64,000 bases of DNA from Bigelowiella natans CCMP2755 (GCA_000320545.1 ADNK01001858.1:398-64397); one strand, 5' to 3'; counted from the first letter of the stretch, positions 41,544 through 56,377 are shown. Numbers and translations are program-made. The notes: a model not told the origin generated them from the letters alone.

Positions 41544-41749
41544 AAAGAAGTTAAGATAAAATCAAATTATTTTGCTGTTTGATAAATCCTCGTACTTATT
41601 TGAATCAGAAACTAAAGACCGTCGGGATTCTAATCTCTAATCGCAAAACGTGTGTTGGCAATATTAGTTTTTTTTCTCCATCCATAATATCTAAAAAAAG
41701 ATCACCACATACAGTATATACGTGCTGCTTTCGCTCACAATAGCTTCTT

Positions 41750-42193
41750 ATTCTTCACACTAGTTCGAATGGAAGCAATGGGTTTGACGAGGCCGAGTTG
41801 GTGATACTAGACAAAAATCAACATGTTGCGCTGCGAATATTTCTACCAGATTCCGCACCACAAGAGATGCTTGAATTCTAAAATGTAAAAATGTATGATA
41901 TTGGCCGTGAAATGGCGATTAGGCTCGCGTTTTCAAGCTGCTGACAAGCAATGGCTTGTGTCCCGTCTCGATAACACTGGACGGGGGCAAGGTGCTTTTT
42001 GAGTGAATACACACTATCTATGGTAGAATTGTTAGACTATTGTGATTATTGCTTCAGCACTCTAGTAATCCTCTTCGTTATTGCTGACTGTGACTAAAGC
42101 AACTTTATGTTGTCGCGCCAAACGTAGGTGCTCACTGGAAAGCTCAATTGTTCGAAAGATGACCCCTACATACAAAGCATGATTAAGGGTAGT

Positions 42194-42231
<38 letters not shown>

Positions 42232-42331
42232 TCTGTAGTGATCTACTCTTCATGGGTTCACTCACACTCACACACACACACGCACACACACACACACACA
42301 ATATACTTAAAAATAGAGGAGAGAGAGAGAG

Positions 42332-42370
<39 letters not shown>

Positions 42371-43210
42371 AGAGAAATCGGAGATTGGTGGGCAATGCGC
42401 TCTTTGCATGTCAGGCGTCTTCAGAGAGCTATGTAGCCAATTGAATTAATATATACCCATTCGTCCGATAGTGTTTGAAGTTGCAGTTATCTCTTGTATG
42501 ATGATGTCGTTATGTTGTTAAAATAGACCCGTGGTGCACTCAATTTCTTGATTCAATGTCAGCCAAACAAGCCGTGGTTAATGTCCGTCTTACAATCTAA
42601 AACCTAACATGCTCTCACAACCCACACCTACGTGTGCTTGCGTGGCACACACTTAGACTGTCAAAGGATGTGTTGGTCTGTGTTATTTGGGGTCTCCTGC
42701 TTAAGTGTGGAATATGTATCTCTGTCGCCTTCACACAGCATCATCATCATACTCATCATCTTAATCATCATCTTCAGGAATTAGCTCTCGACGGACTATT
42801 CCTCTTCGGTAATGCTGTTTCTAAGATTATGCGCTACACAAGCATAGCGATTGCTCTTTACACAATGAATCAACACTGCTGCTATTTCTTGTCTTGGTAG
42901 TTTTGCTTCACATTTTTGGTCCTGCCAGCAACAGCAAACGGTGGTGGCACTTGTTTGTCGTTGATCAAACCCTGTGGAATTCTATTATGATAGAAGTAGC
43001 ACATTAAAAATTGCTATTATTACCTAATATCACAAAAGGAGGATTTGCAGCAGTCGATGATTTCTTCAGAAGTGTAGGTACACAGTTGTGATTCGTGATG
43101 ACGTCTCAGTGTTACAACACAGAACAATAATGGCAACTCAAGTAAGAAGATTAATGTATTCACTACAGACGTTAAAGTTCTCGTCGGACGGCATTTTGAC
43201 AATAACGCAG

Positions 43211-43253
<43 letters not shown>

Positions 43254-43600
43254 GTGTTCAACAACAACAACAACAACAACACATCATCATAATCATCATC
43301 ATCATTATCGAATCCAGTCATCTGATCACCATCACATAATCAGTAATCGCGGCGTTTCGAGAGGGTGTAGCTGGTATCCTCACAGCTGTTGATTCTCTCA
43401 ATCAGTGCATAGGTTGCTATTTTTGAAGAGTTTTTGAGCCGCTCATAGTTTAAGATGGGAGGGTACTCATCGCCATAATTTTCTCTAGTTCGGAATAAGC
43501 GCGTAGTCGTAGCTGCGGACGACGTTAAAGATGTTGAACGCATAAATAGCTTGTTATCGAGGAAAGGTAAAAAAATGATTGGAAATAAGAATAACGATTA

Positions 43601-43639
<39 letters not shown>

Positions 43640-43742
43640 ATTTTTTGCATTCGTAAAGTGTGTTTTTCTGATGAACCATGATAGAGATAAAGGGGATACC
43701 AGCTGAATGTGGCCAAAATGTAAGAAAATTCTATCTATATTG

Positions 43743-43782
<40 letters not shown>

Positions 43783-44047
43783 TAGTCTCCACTCTTGTAT
43801 GTTAGCCTGCAATGAGTAATGTCTAACGCGACAATGAATTTGCGACGAATATAGGACGGTTTCATTCAGCATAAAAATCTCATCACTGCCAAGGTACAGA
43901 ATTAGAAATATTGCAATGAATAACGTTACTTATCACATACAAACACGTATCATGTGTAGCATAATACATGTTTCGTTTGATGTACTCTGCAACACTTTAT
44001 CCTCCTCACAAGCCATTCGTATTGCTGTGATGATGATGATGATGATG

Positions 44048-44085
<38 letters not shown>

Positions 44086-44210
44086 GTGTGCGCGTGGAAT
44101 TGACTGCCGACAGAAAGCAAGTAAGGAACTGCTAATCGCATCTGGCTTGGTCATTGTGAAGGAGGAGAAACGTTGAAATTCATTTCGATGGATAGTAATA
44201 TAAAGCAATA
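41750..44210 (-). CDS. Hypothetical multi-exon gene; structure not resolved
   Basis: Exon-like segments between microsatellite introns, e.g. GVIFRTIELSSEHLRLARQHKVAL and YGDEYPPILNYERLKNSSKIATYALIERINSCE. Confidence 0.3.
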
Positions 44211-44499
44211 AGCGACACCCGCTATAGCCTCGATTCTACTCGCTACTTATACGCAGACTGGATCGATATGTACCCCTTAATAGTTTATTCCTCGCAGTAA
44301 TGATCTAGCTAGTTTGCTCTGAAGAGAGCAAGTTTGACTATTTATTCCACACGCACGTGTAGAATCGTGGATATACTAGATACACGCGTACACGTACACG
44401 TACGCGTACATGTACATCTCATCACTATAATCTTAACACATTGCTGACGGACGACAACATGCTAATCCATTTGCTGGTCATTGCTGCATGCAATGTGAG

Positions 44500-44865
44500 A
44501 GCCTCACATAGCAACAGCTTTGTGATATTTTTGTATACACATGTGATATACGTCCTCTATACGCGCGCATGCAGCCCTGTGCATGAATGCTACACCATGA
44601 TTCGACACTGCATTCGCATAATACTCGAATTTAATAATGTCATGTTGACTTGGGAGCTATACCGGCAATATCGTGCAACGAATTTACGCTCAACTACTAC
44701 TTCTTCTTCCGCTCATACACCGACGCTGTTGGGTCAAGGAAGTACGTGCTGAAGTAATTTGAGTAGTATGTGGCATAGTAGTTAACTTGTTGGGTTATAC
44801 TAGCTGGGGCACCGTTATTGCAAGCCTGAGAAATAAAGAAGAAACAGACAGTAATTGTACGGATA

Positions 44866-44942
<77 letters not shown>

Positions 44943-46619
44943 TATATTGATATGTTACTATTCGACGAATTGAATTCCTGCACGTGGTTATAGCCATTTG
45001 TTATTTCCATGACCCACAACCGTATCGCCTCTCATCTCTTCATACTGCACTTCACACCGCTTATCTTACTTATTACTACCTCGCATTGCATGCTGTATTT
45101 TTGACACATGTAACAAGCCGTTTTGTCCCGCCGACTTCCAGAAAGAGCAGTAGCCTGCTCGCGCACAAACGCAGACATACACAATACGCACACATATGGA
45201 TGAGAGAGAAAGAAAGACTATGTGATTGTACGTTTATGTGCGTGTATGAGTGCTTTCTGCACAAAATGGTACAGCAACACTAGAAACTTGACGACTAAAT
45301 ATGGAGAATGTGTTGTAAGGAAAACGGCAGTAGAGCGTTGATGCTGCCTTGGATTTTCTAGATCTCGTAATTTAGATGCATAAAGCAAGTTAAGTTGTTA
45401 TTGTTTTGTTTTTGACGTCTCTAAGAGAACTAAACACAATTGCAAGCACTACACACTCCTCGGGCATCATCAGATGTTGCTACGTGCGTTAAATCATGTT
45501 GTTCGTTGTTGACTGTGCTGTCTCGTGAATACTACCAGTGTGAGGGAGACTGAATGCGTTAAAGAACGTGTCACGGTGTTGGTAAGGCCGGTAATAACCC
45601 TTTCTGTCAATCGTTCAACAGCCTCTACTTCTGCTATCTCTGCTACGGCGTCACCCACCGTGTAAGAAAGCAGCTGTGGGAGAGTGTGGAGCAATCCATG
45701 CACCTGTAGAGCAGCAGCAGCAGTAGTATGGATGATGGTGATGATGATAATGATGATAATGATGATGACACTGTTAAGGAAAAATAACTTTCATCAACAC
45801 TATGACGCGCATTACAATTTTCCATTCAGGCTCTCCAAAAACTTTCTTATTCTTCTTCTTCTTCTTTATATTCTTCTACTAGGTGTTATTATATTGTCCA
45901 TTCTCCCCATCTCATCTTGAATCAATAAAACTAAGTGACATCGACGAGAAGGTAATCAGAATGTCATCAGTGCTAAGAACTGACCACAGCATCCTTCACT
46001 CTGAGTATGGTAGGATAAGATACGCGATCATGAACCTAAGAAGAAAAGGAAAGTGAATGAGAAGAATAAGGGAAAAGGTAAACAACAATCCATGCAATCA
46101 CTTGTCATCATGCCCTTATGCCCTCTCAAGTAAATAAAACGAAAGCATGAAGCATCATCAATGAACTGACAAATTCTTCTCGCAGCAGAAACCGAAGGAG
46201 TGTTGAAATTAGAATAATCCACCAACTTGCTCCACAATTGCAATTACCTCTCGAATTACTAGCGTCGCTAATCTTCCGCCTTTGGAGGGCAAGATGTGCT
46301 TGATAATTGCACTTGCAATCCCAGACTGACCATGTCCCAATGATCGATACACGAAAAGCAAAGTAGAAGATTCATATCACAACATATTAACCAACACAAA
46401 CATTAGGAACGTAGTAGAAGCGTTGTAACGAATGGGACTTAGAATAAAGAAGAAGACGAACAGAAATGTGATTCGGTAGCTATAGATACACCATTGCTAT
46501 AAGTGTAACACCTACCTTTAGACCACTGATAGCCATCGTGGCACTCTTGAAGCTCATCTTTCCAGCATGCGTCCAAGACGCCTTTTTGGGGGTCACCACT
46601 GCAAGCAGAAGTAAAAATT

Positions 46620-46680
<61 letters not shown>

Positions 46681-46893
46681 GAGAGAGAGACAGAGAGAGA
46701 GAGAGAGCAGTTGGATACAGAAATGAGGAAGATAGTTTAAGCACGAATCATGTACAAACAATCAGAGACCCCTCACTCCTATACCATTCAGATATTTGTC
46801 AACGTATTTTGTGTTTGGGGGTGGGTAGTGCTGTAGCAATCGTACATTTCGTAGCGGAGAACATCGAGCTGAAATTTGTCTCCAAGAATGAGA

Positions 46894-46924
<31 letters not shown>

Positions 46925-47926
46925 GGAGGAGGAGGAGAGTTTATCGAGAAACTCATCACCATCGCTGTGGAGATTTTGTTGTGGTTGTTGTTGCTGCTGC
47001 AGCTGCGTCTGAATTTTCTGTGAGGTGATATTTAGCTGGAGCCCTGTCTCAACGAGCATCTAACCATAACGACAACAGCATCATCAGCAATAAACGACGC
47101 AATCTTGCATTAGCAGCAGCATGTAGATCATCAATCTTACAACGACAAATGATCAACACAACCTCCGGCAGCAGATTATGCTTGTTGGCACGCTGTAGGT
47201 CGCCGGTGGGTGAAAAGATATGACGAAACAGCCCTGACGAGAACAGCAAAAGTTTATTATTAGTGCAATCACCGCCATCATCATCATCATCATCATTATT
47301 GTCGTCATTCATCATATTCTCTTTCTTTTTCTTTGTCCTCATCTTCATCATCACTACCATCATCATCCTCACATGCTAGTACCTAGCTATAACTCTCATC
47401 TATCTATGTGTACCAATGACTGTAGCTGCTAGCATCCGTCGAGAAGGAGAGGACGGTGCGGGTGATGATGGTGATGGTGATGGTGATGATGATGATGATG
47501 ATGATGATGGCACGCTTCCTTGCTTTCGTTGTTTATCACTGTGGACATCCCTGCTGCTATTGCTGCTATTGCTGCTATTGCTACGACTTGTTTCTCCTCT
47601 TCCAGTCTTAGTTTGCTGCTTGATCTGAAGCTTGGAAGTATTGACCGCAGAATGCCTCACAGTGTTGGAGATATTAGAAGTTGTGGTTTTGTTGGTGCTT
47701 CTTCTGATAATGGGAGGGGGTAGGGGTGCTGTCCTGCTGCTGCTGCTGCTGTCGGAGTTGGTAGTAGAATTTAGAAGAGTCGCACTTGTCTCAAGCATGA
47801 CACTGTCTGATATTTGAATTGGAAGCTGAAAAGAAGGAAAGCAAAAGAAGGGGGGGGGGTTCAATAGTAGACGAATTCAAGGCGACAATATCATATATTA
47901 AAACAGATATATTAATATGTGTTAAC

Positions 47927-47969
<43 letters not shown>

Positions 47970-48015
47970 GATATATTTTCGTAAATTTTGTGGAACAAAT
48001 CGATCGGTTGAATGG

Positions 48016-48105
<90 letters not shown>

Positions 48106-48307
48106 CTACTCGTCAGAGCAAATGCAACCATTTCTACTACAATTCCTCATCCTCTCTCCTTTCTCCCCCATCCTAAATTAATCCTCGTCCTGCTCCTCCT
48201 CCTCCTCCACCCCCTACATCTGCTACTACTACTGCTATCACCATTCCAGCAATATTCCACACAGAGTGGGACATATGCACAATGGGCGGGATCGTAAGAC
48301 CAACAAT

Positions 48308-48353
<46 letters not shown>

Positions 48354-48641
48354 TATATATAAATAGTGATGTGTGTATAATATACATACAGCCCCACATC
48401 ATCATCATCATCATCATTATTGTTTATTATCATTGTGTGTTCTGTTCTCGTCTATGTCTAACGTAATCATCATCGTTGCTCTTCTTCAGCTGTCAGTGAT
48501 GACGCATGTGACCTTGATCATAAGGTTGAGAATCGTACTGACGGGTATAATAGGCGGCGGAACGAAGGGGTATCTAAGGTATTCATTCATAGCAATATTA
48601 TTGATAGCAATCGCCTCAACTGCGCCGTCAGAGTCATCATT

Positions 48642-48672
<31 letters not shown>

Positions 48673-49023
48673 ATACATAGTGTACCATTGTTCTCTTTAC
48701 TCATCTATCTCTCCTCACCATGTCATCAGTATCATCACCGTCACCGCAATTATACACCTCACGCACGTGCATGCATGCCATGCATGCAACACAAATGTTA
48801 TTACGGGCAGTTCGGTCTCGTTTTTGGCGGTAGAATATAGTACCTACATCGTATATTATTTAAATTAGAATCGTCGATACTCAAAACACACAGACACAAT
48901 GCTCACACTCGAACATCGTGCTTAGAGGGGGGGGGGAGGTGGAGGAGGAGGGGGAGAGATACACACATTATTACGTGTTGTGGTAGGCGTTTGGATTATT
49001 AGCAACAGTGATGATACGGAAGT

Positions 49024-49060
<37 letters not shown>

Positions 49061-49268
49061 CTCATGTTTAGTGGGCAATGAGAAATGTCAGTTGTAGGAT
49101 AGAAAAATGGGCTTTTCCAATGAAGCAGCAGACGTAGGTGCAGTACCATAAAGCTACTTTTCATCACGATATTATTATGTCGCATGTACTCGAATATGAT
49201 GATTGATTGATTGATTTATTGCATTCAAGATGATGGTTGAGTTATTAATATTATCATCATTAATATAA

Positions 49269-49302
<34 letters not shown>

Positions 49303-49568
49303 GTTGTTATATCTGCTAATTTGCTGCTATTGTGTAGATTATTACAGGTTGCATGATTTGTGTGGGTTGATAGTTCTTTGTCCCCAGGTTTTCTGACCCT
49401 AAAAGGTAGTAAGTAAGCATCAGTGTCAACACCAATACCAACACCAACACTACCACCAAAAATATTCGAATTTATTTCTGTTAATACAACATATTGTTAT
49501 TATTATTACTATTACTTTTATTGTTATTATAATTATTATATGTAGTAGTAGTTGTTGGAGTAGTAGTT

Positions 49569-49601
<33 letters not shown>

Positions 49602-51225
49602 ATAGTAGCATTTGTTGATAATGTATTCGTCGTTTTCATATCCGTATAGTGTTGTTCAAAATTAACCATTATTGAATAATACCTCAAATTATTATGAATG
49701 GCTTGTGTATGTTGTATGTTAGCCCTATTTCTATTATATATTTATATATGTGTGTGTATTTTGTTTGTGTGTTGATATATACATACGTCGTCTTTTTTTC
49801 CCATATCTGGATCTTTTTTCCTCAGCTCTAGAAATGCCTTCGGTATTCTAATCTCGTCGTCTTCTTCATCATCAAGATAGTCGTCGTCATCATTATCATC
49901 CGCGTGAGCATAAAATTCAGCATAACGGGAGTGGTGGTGGTAGTAGAGCCCGGATGCTGCTTCTTCTTCTTCGTTGCCGTACAATTTTAGTTTGTCCTCA
50001 CGTGTTCGCTCAGCATTTTGCTGTTGTCGTCGGTCCCTTGCCCTTGATGCAGATGAGATTGTTGTCTTTTGTTCCTTGGCATCATCATCATCTTCTTCTT
50101 CATTTATCCACGCAACCTCGTATTGGCTGGCAAAACTACGTAAGTCGCGCGCATGAACCGTCAGAGGTGGAAAAGGGGGGTCAGGTGCTTCTAGGGTAGT
50201 AGTTGTAGCACTAGGGGTAGTAGTGGTAGGTCTTTTGCGCGCGACTCGATCTGGCTTTATTATATTTTCATTGAGATGGTAATGAGAAATAATATCAGGG
50301 GTACACCGCGTGTTTATTGGGTGTGAAAGAGTATGGAACTGGTGCTGCCGCCCCATCGAACCAACGATGACTTTTAGTCTCATCCCAGGTTTTTCTCCGC
50401 TTCCTTCATAATCATGTTGTCTTCGCTCCTTTTCTGCTGTCAGATTCCTTATCTCCCCCCCTTCTCTAAGATTTTCTAGTCTCCGGGAGATGACGATTTC
50501 GATGGCGTTTGGCGCAAGATAGGCTGAAGAGATCGGACTGCGAAGTGAAAATACACCAATGCTTACACCGCGATACCAAACGTCGACAAGAACAAAATAG
50601 AGACAAGTATTATAAAGCAATAAGGTCGTTAAGATTAATGTTGACCTATTGCCAAGCCGTCCTCTACCTGAGCCTCGAGCTTCAATCAGTGACTTAATAC
50701 AACCTCCGTCAACACCATTCTTGGTATTGAACCGTGGAATCCAAGACTCAGAATTGCTAAGATACCACGAGCAGTAGCAGGAGAAGTATTAATTATTTGA
50801 ATTCTAATAGGTGTATCGACTGAAAGAGTCTTCTAAACGCGTTTTCATACGTACCCACGATTGTCCTCAGATGAGATGATTGAGGCATTCATCAGCGAAA
50901 TTGGCTCGGAAGCATAAAGATGCAGGAATCTAAGTTCGTGAGTTTCGACCCTACGTGAATCCCTCTCTTGTTCCAGAGGTGTGGATGATGATCCACGGAT
51001 AGGGGGGTGGTGGATCATGCTGGAACGATTCATCTTGTGTTGAGGTTGGACATGGCAGTGCAAAAATGTAGAGGAGCATGTTGCGTGCACCACCCTTATC
51101 GCATCTGATTTCCACATGATCAACAAATCGTCAGAATCATAAAACAAATGCAAATCTAAGAAATAGTAGGCACCTGCCAATCGAAGCAGGGGAGACAGAG
51201 CCAGGAGGAAGACTAGCCCATTCAT
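44500..51225 (-). CDS. Large hypothetical protein with signal-peptide-like N-terminus and C-terminal Thr/Ser/Leu helix plus Cys cluster; may be more than one gene
   Basis: N-terminus MNGLVFLLALSPLLRLAGA and a long exon at 49742..50620. Late exons read ERVITGLTNTVTRSLTHSVSLTL|ATALSGSRRDKTACYMCQKYSMQCE|ACNNG..|..KFEYYANAV. Confidence 0.5.
46626..46707. repeat. (GA)n microsatellite with two CA interruptions
   Basis: Read directly; one of dozens of intronic simple repeats. Confidence 0.9.
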
Positions 51226-52330
51226 TTCATGTCAGAGCAGGGGACGGGAGCCATACTCCTACTTTCGATAGCTTCGTCAAGCCCTGCATGCTTGTCGCAG
51301 TATGTTTTTCAAGGCATTTCGCTGGGAAAACACCAGCACAATATTCAAACTGTTCAAATTTTGTCGGATTGATTCCTTCTCGGCATAAACTACATTGCAT
51401 TGGATGTGAATGTAAATGTGACTTGTTAAGCAAAACTCCTAGGAACATCCACATCTCCTGACAAGTGAAGCATTGTGAAGGAAGCAATTAAAGCCGAGGA
51501 GGAAAATGAGATGAACATGGTTCTAAAAGCAAAGGGTGCTCGAGTAATGAAAACTTGGTGAAATATCCTTAAAAAGTTGCTGAGATGAAATTTAGCAGCA
51601 ACTACAGTACGACTTTTGAGCCGACACGTGCGTCTGCACGCGCAACTGAATGGGTATGCTGGAAATACGTTGCACCTGAATTCACTTTCAGATCACGGGA
51701 ACTTTAAACATTTCACATCAAGCATTTGATTTCAGTCAGGAGTTCGACAAGAACCCTGCATTTACGAATTTTCTCGCTCTATTTTCAATTCTCGGCAGTT
51801 CCGCAATCCTTAAATACTTTCATTATTCATCGCAAAAAAATGGAGTACACCTAGCGTGAATGTTTAATCTTGCGTGGATCATTTGCGACTTTTAATCTTT
51901 ACTTTTTGACTGGAAAATGCACTGTGATAGCCAAAAAAGTACGGGAAATTTGAAACTCTTCTATCTCAAATGCAAGTGAAGAGCACCAGCTTCGCTCAGA
52001 TGGGATCAAATTTTGCTCAATTTGACAAGTCGCAGTGATTAAACACAACACCATTGTGAATTAGTCGCTATGGTGTGACTAAATATTTGCAGCGGCTTTG
52101 CACGTGATGACGGATCTCATGAGCACTTGGAAGCAGGAAGCACGTGCAGCGCATACTTTGTTCACGATGAGCGAATGGTACATGTATGCGGTAACACGTG
52201 CTATTTATGGGTCAAAAGTTGTAAGTTTCGTCCTGGTTTTGGTTCTACAAGAGTTGTCGCACAGGTAAAATGACAGATGATAGTGTCTTGTGTAGCCTTG
52301 CAGTTGATCCTCCTTTCACAAAATAAGTCG

Positions 52331-53768
52331 ATGATCTCTATGAGTAAGTAATTGCGATAAATCGTCGTTGTGTCCCACCTTCCTCCCCCTTACACATTGA
52401 CGCTTCGACCATCACCATCGATTCAATTGTCTCTGCAAAGTTCATCAGTATACACGTCAAATTAGAGGAAATTCTTACTCAGTGAACCAACCAGAATTAA
52501 CCATTGGGCAAATGGTTACTGCTTTCACAGAAAAAACAGAGATTATTCCTGGGATTAAGTACACTGAAGGATACAACAAACTCGAATATGGTGAGTTCGG
52601 TCGTCCACACCAATATGTGCCAGTTGGGGTTGGAGTTAGAGTAAATAAATTACAAAGTGCTCCAGACATGCGTGTGCGCAGGATCAATATTGCGACTCCA
52701 CCCACACATACAAGAGGCGAGAAGTGTAGGAATCTATATGATCGGCTGAGCTATGAGAAACTCCCCCACGAGGTAATGTTTAATTCGGATCCCGACGAAG
52801 AACAGCAACCACTTTCTCGAACCGAGATGGTAAAAGGGGTATGGGGCAGGGCCATTGATTCAAGACAAGACCCTCGTGAGACTTTGTTCTCTTCGATTTT
52901 TTCCGCATCCAAAGGTAAACGGAGGAATCTCACAGGAAGACTTGCTCGTCAATGGTCTCCTGATGAAGATCGTTACCGCAAGCGCCAACGTAATGAATAC
53001 GGTCGCTATAGAACAGTTCAACGACCCTTTGCCGAAATTCCTCGTAAGATAGGGCCACCAGGCGATGAAACTGTAATTGTATATCCCCCAGCATCGCAAA
53101 TGGTTGTCAAAGAGTTGCCGACTATTTCATCACAGTTAAGACAGGTTAAACACCGGATTCCTATTCCTGAGAGCAACAAAGTCGAACTCAGATATCCGGC
53201 AGTCAATAGAAAAGTCACTTCATTAGTCCTGAATAACAGTTCAGAATCACATGCGAAGAAAGAAAAGGAAAAAAAAAAAAGGCCGGTTTGCAAAGTCTGT
53301 GGTAAGTCCTATGCGACAACTGGGACCCTCAACCGCCACATGAGAATCCACACAGGAAAGCGCCCATACATGTGTGGACGATGTCACAAGACATTTCGCC
53401 AACGTGCGCACCTCATTACACATTTTGTTGTGCACGACAAGGCAAGAAATCATTATTGCGAATACTGTGGCAACTATTTTGCTCGGAAAAACTCGCTTGT
53501 AAGCCACAAACGCACCCAACATGGGATTCACACCATCAATCCTAGAAGAAAGACAGGCGGGGCTCGCGTCTCTTCTGAGAGACAAGATTCGAATCAAATT
53601 CTGTACTCAACCTCTAACCAGCAGACAACCAAGATTCAAACTCACCATTCTAAGCAGATTCCCATTGGCTCTGTTCCACGGTCCGTAGGCAGCCAGCTGG
53701 ATTCTAAAATTCAGTGCCCAAAATTATCAAACTTGGCACAACGAGTTTCAAATGTAATGGCCTGTTGA
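52331..53768 (+). CDS. C2H2 zinc-finger transcription factor (three tandem fingers)
   Basis: 428-aa ORF 52482..53768 contains CKVC..HMRIH-TGKRPY-CGRC..HFVVH and CEYC..HKRTQH, preceded by a basic NLS-like KKEKEKKKR. A short first exon (ATG 52331, donor gtaagt, acceptor ~52440) joins in frame. Confidence 0.9.
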
Positions 53769-54643
53769 TAAGAATAAAAGAAAATACAATAAAATACTCT
53801 CTTTTGCTTTTGGGATAAGATGTGAAAGTAATTCTTGTCAGCGAGATGTTACGACAAATTGAAAACGTTGGATTTCTGTTGTTAATTAGATACATTTGAC
53901 AAACTAATAACTAGGTTGAAGCTCCTAGTTTTACGAAAACATTCCATCATGTGTAGTAACTGATATCAAATTACCAGTAGCCGACCGATACTCAAATTTT
54001 ATCATATATCGTAGTCGTGTCGTAGACCAGTGAATTATTTTAGAATATTTCGCTATCGAGTATTTGTCATAGCAAAAGTTCCCCACCCAGCACAAAATGC
54101 ACAATTTAACATCAAAGATAAATTTCGACATTTCCTACAAGCTTGAATTCGTGCCATGACTGCTCGACATACATTCTGTGTAAAAGCAGGCACAAAATGA
54201 ACTATAAGCTAATATTGAGATTCGCATGAGAATCCAAGTAATCGTATCAATGCTAGAAACGTGAATTCACATGAATGGCTTTGAATTTAATTTGCTTGCG
54301 GTGCACATGCATGAGCTACACATTAGCAGCTATGGCACTAGAACCTGCTTATATGCTAGCCTGTACCCTGGTCTAGTAGTGGTGGTTCGCATGTTTCACA
54401 CAAAGGGATCGGTGCGTACGTACCATAGCTAGTCACCACAACAACGTGCTAGCTAGCTAGCTTGTATGCGGGCTGACTAGCGGGCGGCGTGTGTCTAGCT
54501 AGCTAGGCTAGATGTCTACACATGTTTTGTAGCACAAAAGTAGGCTACGCATGCTGCGCACTGCACATATGCAGATAATTTTGTATGCATGGTAGCATGT
54601 ATAGATCATGCACAGCGATTCATGTAGTTCATTGATGGCAAAT

Positions 54644-54679
<36 letters not shown>

Positions 54680-54930
54680 CAGATATCTAGATGTGCCACG
54701 CTAGCACGTCTAAATACAATCGAGACGTATGTGCGATGGACGATCTAGCGATCATTGAGCGATTTGTCAAGCTGCGCTTATGTCATTGACATCATTGTTG
54801 GCATGGTCAGTCATGCAGCCCCCATGTGCTAGTGTGGTGGAACATACGAATACATACTGAGGTTCTGTACACAAGCACATATTTAAATGCGTACGATTTA
54901 ATTACCCAAACGGTATCCAGTACGCATCAT

Positions 54931-56377
54931 TCACAGATGAAACCCTAACGATTTATTACTGCGGCTTGGTGGAATTCCATCATCTGGATTCTGGCTTCGA
55001 GCAACCTTGAGCATATTTGAATCTACTATGAAGCGCGCTGGTTTCATCAAATCGCTAATTTTGCCACTGTTTGGCACAAGTGTACGAAGAAGAGCTCCAC
55101 TTTTCGGGTCAATTTCTAAACTCCAGGCCCCTGGATGGCCGAGGGTATTATTCGCTGTGAAGCTGCCGTTTGCATCCACAGATCCTGGCTTACCCTGACG
55201 TGATATTATTTTGTAGCTGTCTCCGGTAATCATGATTGCTGCCCAATTATCGACACCAATTCCATACTCCCCTGAATGTCTCTGGAGCAATGAGGTGAAA
55301 TCGGAGCTACGAAGAAGACCGTTCCCTTCTGTGACATCGTAATGAGGGCAGAAAAGTCCAGGAAGCACTGAGATACCAGGAACACGAATGTATGCCCAGG
55401 CATTCATTTCTTCGGACGTCATTTTTGGGTTCAACAATGGTCCAGGAGGATTCTATTTATTCAAATCCATCATCAATGAGTACTCGTTATGAAAACAATC
55501 TTTGGACTTTCATTTTGGGTGAGCGTTATGAAAGGCCGACTACCTTGTAGCTGGAGGCTTCCATACTATCGGAGTGTCCTCCATCGAACCACAAAATTCC
55601 TCCAGCTGAACCTCCACATAGTACAGTTCCATTTTGCATAGCTTGTTTTATCATATTGTCGATCCCAAGCTTCACCCATCGGTCTCGTGCATAAAGAGTA
55701 TTTCCACCTGAAGCTAAGATAATGTGTGCCCGCTCAAAAGCAGCTTTCAAGGCGGCTGTAGACGGACTTGATACTGCTATATTCAGGGCCTCTATGGTGC
55801 AACCAGCATCACTGAAACCTTGAGTTTGCTTTTTCATTGGTTCAGGGCCATCGTAGGTGGCCGTACCAAGGTATAAAAGATGTGGTTTCTCTGAGAGGGA
55901 ATAGAGAGAGAAAGAGAAAGATATAGAGTCTCAGGGTACAATCTTTGAATATGTATAATATGATCAATATATCCTGAAGCACAGACCAATGGGAGTCATT
56001 TCCATGATCTCCTTGACAGTGGCGGCCTGACTAAGCATATCCAGTCCCGAACCAGCCGCATAAATCTTCACTGACCCCGAACTCGTCCTCGCTATCATCG
56101 ATGGGAATATGGATGAGGAAAATTGCAAAATTTACTTAAGGTTTGTAAAAGCATCCTGTATCGATCAATCAGATACCCCTAGGTACATGCAACTTGCAAC
56201 ATGTTCATATTCGTGTGAATACATCATGTTCCATGAGATACGGATCCCATGCCACATGCATTCCATCCTTTGATATCCATCATTCTCATCTGTACCGTCC
56301 GCGCAGAGGTGGATCCAAAAGCACGCAATGTGGAGGATTCTCCCTAAGGCCTTGTGCCATGAAGGTTGGGAGAGCAT
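54931..56377 (-). CDS. Peptidase E / peptidase S51 (class I glutamine-amidotransferase-like fold), probable signal peptide, 4 exons
   Basis: Motifs KPHLLYLGTATYD, HIILASGGNT, VLCGGSAG (catalytic Ser), WFDGGHSDS, LFCPHYD (His) and GIGVDN. The first exon MLSQPSWHKALGRILHIACFWIHLCAD joins in frame. Confidence 0.88.
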
